A stretch of 45,770 nucleotides of DNA from a virus, in the IMG/VR virus record IMGVR_UViG_3300006099_000021. One strand, given 5' to 3'. The position numbers and the translations under genes were made by a program. Below the pieces are notes generated by a model. That model saw only the letters and a program-made list of their open reading frames with translations, ran no database searches and had not been told where the DNA came from. Shown piece after piece: positions 42,347 through 45,770 of this stretch. The number at the start of each line of letters is the position of its first letter. Within the stretch, counting starts at the first letter, position 1.

Positions 42347-42564
42347 ATGTTAGTCGTAACGCCGTACTTCCTAAATACCAATTCGACGGCGACGGCTTGG
42401 CTTGCCTTGGGTTCGATACGTCCGAACTTGTAAGCCGCGAAAGTGTTGCGGTTGTTAATCCCCAACGCCTGCCAGAGTTCCTTTGTGGCGGCTTCTACGT
42501 CAATTTGCCGAAGCTGCATAAAGCCGGCGTTAAATCCTTCTTTGTAAATTGTCGTTTCGCTCAT
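42334..42564 (-). CDS. Hypothetical protein
   Basis: 76-aa ORF in the early-left operon. Confidence 0.4.
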   Translation of the reverse strand: MSETTIYKEGFNAGFMQLRQIDVEAATKELWQALGINNRNTFAAYKFGRIEPKASQAVAVELVFRKYGVTTNIWGK

Positions 42565-42851
42565 TTCTCAATATTGTTAAGTATGTATTCAATTGCTTGT
42601 TTATGGGAAGCAAAGCTATTCCCGTCGAACTCGAAGGTTTCCGAGTATGGGCCGCCGGCAACCTTAAAGGTGCGCGTTCCTTCGTAGGTCTTTCCGTTAA
42701 TCGTAAAGGTTAGTTTAGAAACCGTTACCCTTTCCGTAACCCGTCCCCAAGGTTTTATTACCTCGTTATTGCTTAGCGAAATAGTTTCGCCTATCGCGTA
42801 CGAAAATTCTATACGCTTTGCTTTGCCATTAACTATTACTGTCTTCTTCAT
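42561..42851 (-). CDS. Hypothetical protein
   Basis: 96-aa ORF with a 4-nt overlap with the downstream gene. Confidence 0.4.
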   Translation of the reverse strand: MKKTVIVNGKAKRIEFSYAIGETISLSNNEVIKPWGRVTERVTVSKLTFTINGKTYEGTRTFKVAGGPYSETFEFDGNSFASHKQAIEYILNNIEK

Positions 42852-42854
42852 CTT

Positions 42855-43079
42855 CTATTTGAAATATAGTGTTATTTGTAATCCTCTGCGTAGGCGGCAT
42901 TTTACGCTATCTTTCTTGCTGTTAAGTGCGCGGGTAATGAATTTTTCGGTAAGCTCTACGCCGATTAACCCCACCAAGCCGGAAACCCCTACAAGGCGGT
43001 TTATCCTTTTGTTTTCGCTGTCTATCCCGTAGACCTTCAAAAGGAAGTTTCGGTTAATAAATGTCGTATCGTACTTCAT
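42855..43079 (-). CDS. Hypothetical protein, first gene of the early-left operon (Cro position)
   Basis: 74-aa ORF divergent from the repressor-like gene. Confidence 0.4.
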   Translation of the reverse strand: MKYDTTFINRNFLLKVYGIDSENKRINRLVGVSGLVGLIGVELTEKFITRALNSKKDSVKCRLRRGLQITLYFK

Positions 43080-43137
43080 AATCTATTGTCGCTTAAATTG
43101 CTTAGGTATTTTTTGCTATGCCGTTTATTTGCTCGAA

Positions 43138-43189
43138 GCGTATTATTATTATACCTTTGCAATCGTATATGTTACACGTTGCAAATATA
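43138..43189 (-). promoter_or_regulatory. Divergent switch region: -7 box TATATTTG (minus, 43182..43189) and a degenerate half-palindrome GCGTATTA (43138..43154)
   Basis: Perfect TAnnTTTG on the minus strand. Several TGCA-centred repeats (ttgcaa, tgcag) lie between the divergent genes. Confidence 0.4.
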
Positions 43190-43270
43190 TAACAATGCAG
43201 TGTAATATGCAAGGTTTTGCAGCGTAAAAATGAAAAATATTTTTTAGACAACCTTCTAAAAATTCGCTAT

Positions 43271-43660
43271 ATGGGTGTAAAAGAAAGACTTAGGGAATAT
43301 ATCAAGACCCTAAATATTAGTGAACGGGAATTTTGTAGGCAAATCGGCGTTTCTGTTTCCTATGTCAATTCCATACGAACGTCGATACAACCCGACAAAA
43401 TGAAGGCTATCGGCGAAAAATTCCCGGAGCTTAATCCCATGTGGTTACTTACCGGCGACGGCACAATGCGGAACGGAGATAATACAAACCGCATTTCGGG
43501 AAATAACAACACCGCCGTTGCCGGCAACGGGAACCAAGTTACAACTAACGATATTGCGGGTTTGATTGAACTGCAAAAAGGCTATCAAGAAATGATAAAA
43601 GAAAAGGATAGCCAAATAGCCCGACTTATATCTGTAATTGAAAAGCTAAGCGAAAAATAA
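43271..43660 (+). CDS. XRE/cI-like repressor
   Basis: Start at MGVKERLREYIKTLNISEREFCRQIGVSVSYVNSI (HTH). Divergent from the early operon. Confidence 0.65.
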   Translation: MGVKERLREYIKTLNISEREFCRQIGVSVSYVNSIRTSIQPDKMKAIGEKFPELNPMWLLTGDGTMRNGDNTNRISGNNNTAVAGNGNQVTTNDIAGLIELQKGYQEMIKEKDSQIARLISVIEKLSEK

Positions 43661-43830
43661 AGCATTGCAGTACGTTTGCGCTATGTAATAGTATGGCTTT
43701 TCATAGTACGCTTATAGGAAACGGGCAGAAATGCCCCAAATTTCAACGCAAGTATATATAGCTATACTTTCTACCGCCCAACGTACAAAAGTGCCTAAAA
43801 TCAAAAATTCGATAAAAATAACTGTGCATA

Positions 43831-44022
43831 ATGGAACCGGAAACAATCGAAATAAAAGTATCCGAATACTACGACCAACCCAAATATTACGGGGACATGC
43901 CGGAAGCGGTGTTTAATGCCTTGGAAGCGGCGTTTATTTCCGGCGCGGAAACTGCCATAGTGCCAAAGACGGCGTTCGAAATGATGTTAATGAGCTTTGA
44001 AAATGGGCGTAAAGAAGCCTAA
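43831..44022 (+). CDS. Hypothetical protein
   Basis: 63-aa ORF between the repressor and HTH/integrase genes. Confidence 0.35.
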   Translation: MEPETIEIKVSEYYDQPKYYGDMPEAVFNALEAAFISGAETAIVPKTAFEMMLMSFENGRKEA

Positions 44023-44308
44023 GATAATAACCCCTATCGAAGATGGCGTAAACCGCCGTTTCTTCCAAGCGATAGAAGCCCTTGTTTCATTGGGCCGTTT
44101 GTCCGCTTTGGAATCCTTTTGCAAGGAAGCCGGGTTAAGTGCTTCCCGCTATCGGGAAACCCGATTTACTTACGGAGTAACCCCAAGGCCCGGTAAAGTT
44201 TCCCGCTATAAGTCTATACAAATAGAAGCCCTTTATTATTTGGTAGCCAAGTATTCCGTTTCTTCCGATTGGTTATTAACCGGCCGGGGTAATATGTTTT
44301 CAAAATGA
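43997..44308 (+). CDS. HTH protein (XRE-like; possible excision or regulatory factor)
   Basis: 103 aa ending SDWLLTGRGNMF, similar to the PMWLLTGDGTM motif of the repressor-like protein. 4-nt overlap with the integrase gene. Confidence 0.45.
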   Translation: MKMGVKKPKIITPIEDGVNRRFFQAIEALVSLGRLSALESFCKEAGLSASRYRETRFTYGVTPRPGKVSRYKSIQIEALYYLVAKYSVSSDWLLTGRGNMFSK

Positions 44309-45615
44309 AGCGGACTATTAAATTTAATCTATTCCCCAAAAAGGTAGGGGGTGTATTGGTAGAGTGTCGCCCTATTCGTATGCGTGTTTGCTATGCCGGG
44401 TATCGGGTAGACTTTCGGGTAGGGTATAGTATTGAACCGGAAAAATGGAATGAAGAGGAAGGCCGCGTTATCTCCAATACAAAAAACCGGTTCCGACAAA
44501 CGGCCGGCGAAATAAATAAGGCTATTACGGCTTGCGAAGAACAAATAGAAGCCATATTTACCCGGTTCGAACTGCTGGAAAAGCGGGTACCGACACCGGG
44601 CGAACTTAAAACGGCTTTCGATGAAGCTACCGGGAAGATAACCCCGGCTACCGAAGCGGAAGAAAACGGCCAGCCATTCTATAAAGCCTACGCCGAATTT
44701 ACGGAAACTATGGGCCGTTTGAATGATTGGACGAAAGCGACCTATACGAAGTTTAATAGCCTGCGTAAGCACTTGGAAGCGTTTAACAAGAACCTTACAT
44801 TTGACGAAATAAACGAAGTTACCCTACAAAAGTTTATTACAAGCCTTCATAAAGCCGACCTTCGTAATACTACCATATCTAAAAATATGTCCTTTCTTCG
44901 GTGGTTCCTGCGCTGGGCGCACCATAAAGGATATAACCCAAGCAACGTACACGAAACATTTAAGCCGAAGTTCAAAGGGGCCGACGGAAACGCAAAGGAA
45001 ATTATATATTTGGAATGGGAAGAACTGTTTAACCTGTATTCCTTCAAATTCCCGCCGTCCCGGTCTTCGCTGGAAGCCGTGCGCGATGTGTTTTGTTTCT
45101 GCTGCTTTACCGGCCTTCGCTATTCCGACGTGGCAAAATTGCGCCGAAGCGACGTAAAGAAGGATTATATAAGCGTGGTTACTCAAAAGACCGTAGACGG
45201 CCTTATTATCGAACTGAATAAGTATAGCCGGGCCATACTGAAAAAGTACGAGAATATAGGTTTGCCGAATGATAAGGCCCTACCGGTCATAAGTAACGTA
45301 AAAATGAACGAACACCTTAAAGTAATGGGGGAAATGGCGGGTATCGACGAACCTACAAGGGTCGTATATTTCAAGGGGAATGTTCGGCACGAAGAAGTAT
45401 TACCGAAATACGCCCTTCTTACCACCCATTGCGGCCGACGTACTTTTATCATAAACGCGCTTAGGCTGGGGGTTCCGGCGGAAGTAATTATGAAGTGGAC
45501 GGGACACAGCGACTACAAAGCGATGAAGCCCTATATTAAAATCGTCGATAAATTGAAGGTCGCCGAAATGGATAAATTTAACAAGTTCCCGATACCCCGA
45601 AAGAAGGGGAAATAA
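44305..45615 (+). CDS. int: Tyrosine recombinase / phage integrase (Bacteroides type)
   Basis: 436 aa. Catalytic-domain motifs FTGLRYSD, HCGRRTF and WTGHSDYKAMKPY. Confidence 0.9.
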   Translation: MKRTIKFNLFPKKVGGVLVECRPIRMRVCYAGYRVDFRVGYSIEPEKWNEEEGRVISNTKNRFRQTAGEINKAITACEEQIEAIFTRFELLEKRVPTPGELKTAFDEATGKITPATEAEENGQPFYKAYAEFTETMGRLNDWTKATYTKFNSLRKHLEAFNKNLTFDEINEVTLQKFITSLHKADLRNTTISKNMSFLRWFLRWAHHKGYNPSNVHETFKPKFKGADGNAKEIIYLEWEELFNLYSFKFPPSRSSLEAVRDVFCFCCFTGLRYSDVAKLRRSDVKKDYISVVTQKTVDGLIIELNKYSRAILKKYENIGLPNDKALPVISNVKMNEHLKVMGEMAGIDEPTRVVYFKGNVRHEEVLPKYALLTTHCGRRTFIINALRLGVPAEVIMKWTGHSDYKAMKPYIKIVDKLKVAEMDKFNKFPIPRKKGK

Positions 45616-45693
45616 GCCGAACCCAAAAAGGAACCCAAATACGCCTTAACTAATCGGTAACGTATGGTTCCTTATGTTACCAACAATCGGGAT
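45616..45693 (+). other. Left half of putative attP region, with direct-repeat motifs A (45621..45637), B (45644..45652) and C (45656..45668)
   Basis: Immediately downstream of int. Each motif recurs across the junction at 113..129, 83..91 and 25..37. Confidence 0.45.
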
Positions 45694-45770
45694 AAAATGC
45701 TGATATTTCGGAAACTTGGTAACGTATGGTAGTTCGTTGTTCGTATGTTCTTACAGCCTCTCTCTCCGCA
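45694..45770. repeat. 77-bp terminal overlap identical to 1..77
   Basis: Exact identity with the window start. Confidence 0.9.

Noticed and set aside
43721-43735. gggca-GAAA-tgccc stem-loop downstream of the repressor-like gene as a terminator
   Set aside because: It has only a 5-bp stem and no convincing U tract, so it is too weak to call.

Overview
The window is a complete, circularly closed phage genome. Bases 1..77 are identical to 45694..45770, so the unique length is about 45,693 bp. It looks like a temperate siphovirus-type phage of a Bacteroidota host, based on a Bacteroides-type tyrosine integrase, TAnnTTTG-like -7 promoter boxes and few Shine-Dalgarno sites.

Almost everything is on the minus strand. 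Reading that strand, the modules are:
- early/regulatory genes (43079->41412)
- recombination and replication (41405->34972)
- DNA modification (34939->32363, plus a ParB-methylase at 28605->27250)
- packaging (27248->21565)
- a plus-strand moron cassette and a 1.2-kb repeat-rich non-coding region (19139..21392)
- head, tail and tape measure (19138->5462)
- a diversity-generating retroelement (DGR, 5125->2077)
- a lysis cassette (1688->168)

A plus-strand lysogeny module (repressor-like HTH proteins and integrase, 43271..45615) abuts a repeat-structured putative attP that spans the contig junction.

The most notable system is the DGR. It comprises a tail-fibre-like target gene with a C-terminal variable repeat (VR), a non-Avd-like accessory ORF, a 111-bp template repeat (TR) and a reverse transcriptase (RT). 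15 of the 16 TR/VR mismatches fall on TR adenines. The RT reading frame is broken by one extra base in this assembly.

Other points of interest:
- a conserved 17-19-bp palindrome upstream of the late operons
- a -1 frameshift tail chaperone
- a MuF-ADP-ribosyltransferase fusion
- a candidate unimolecular spanin
- a DUF4406-DnaA domain IV fusion
- iteron-like, AT-rich and G-quadruplex repeats in the large intergenic region

All functional calls come from reading motifs by eye. No database search was run.
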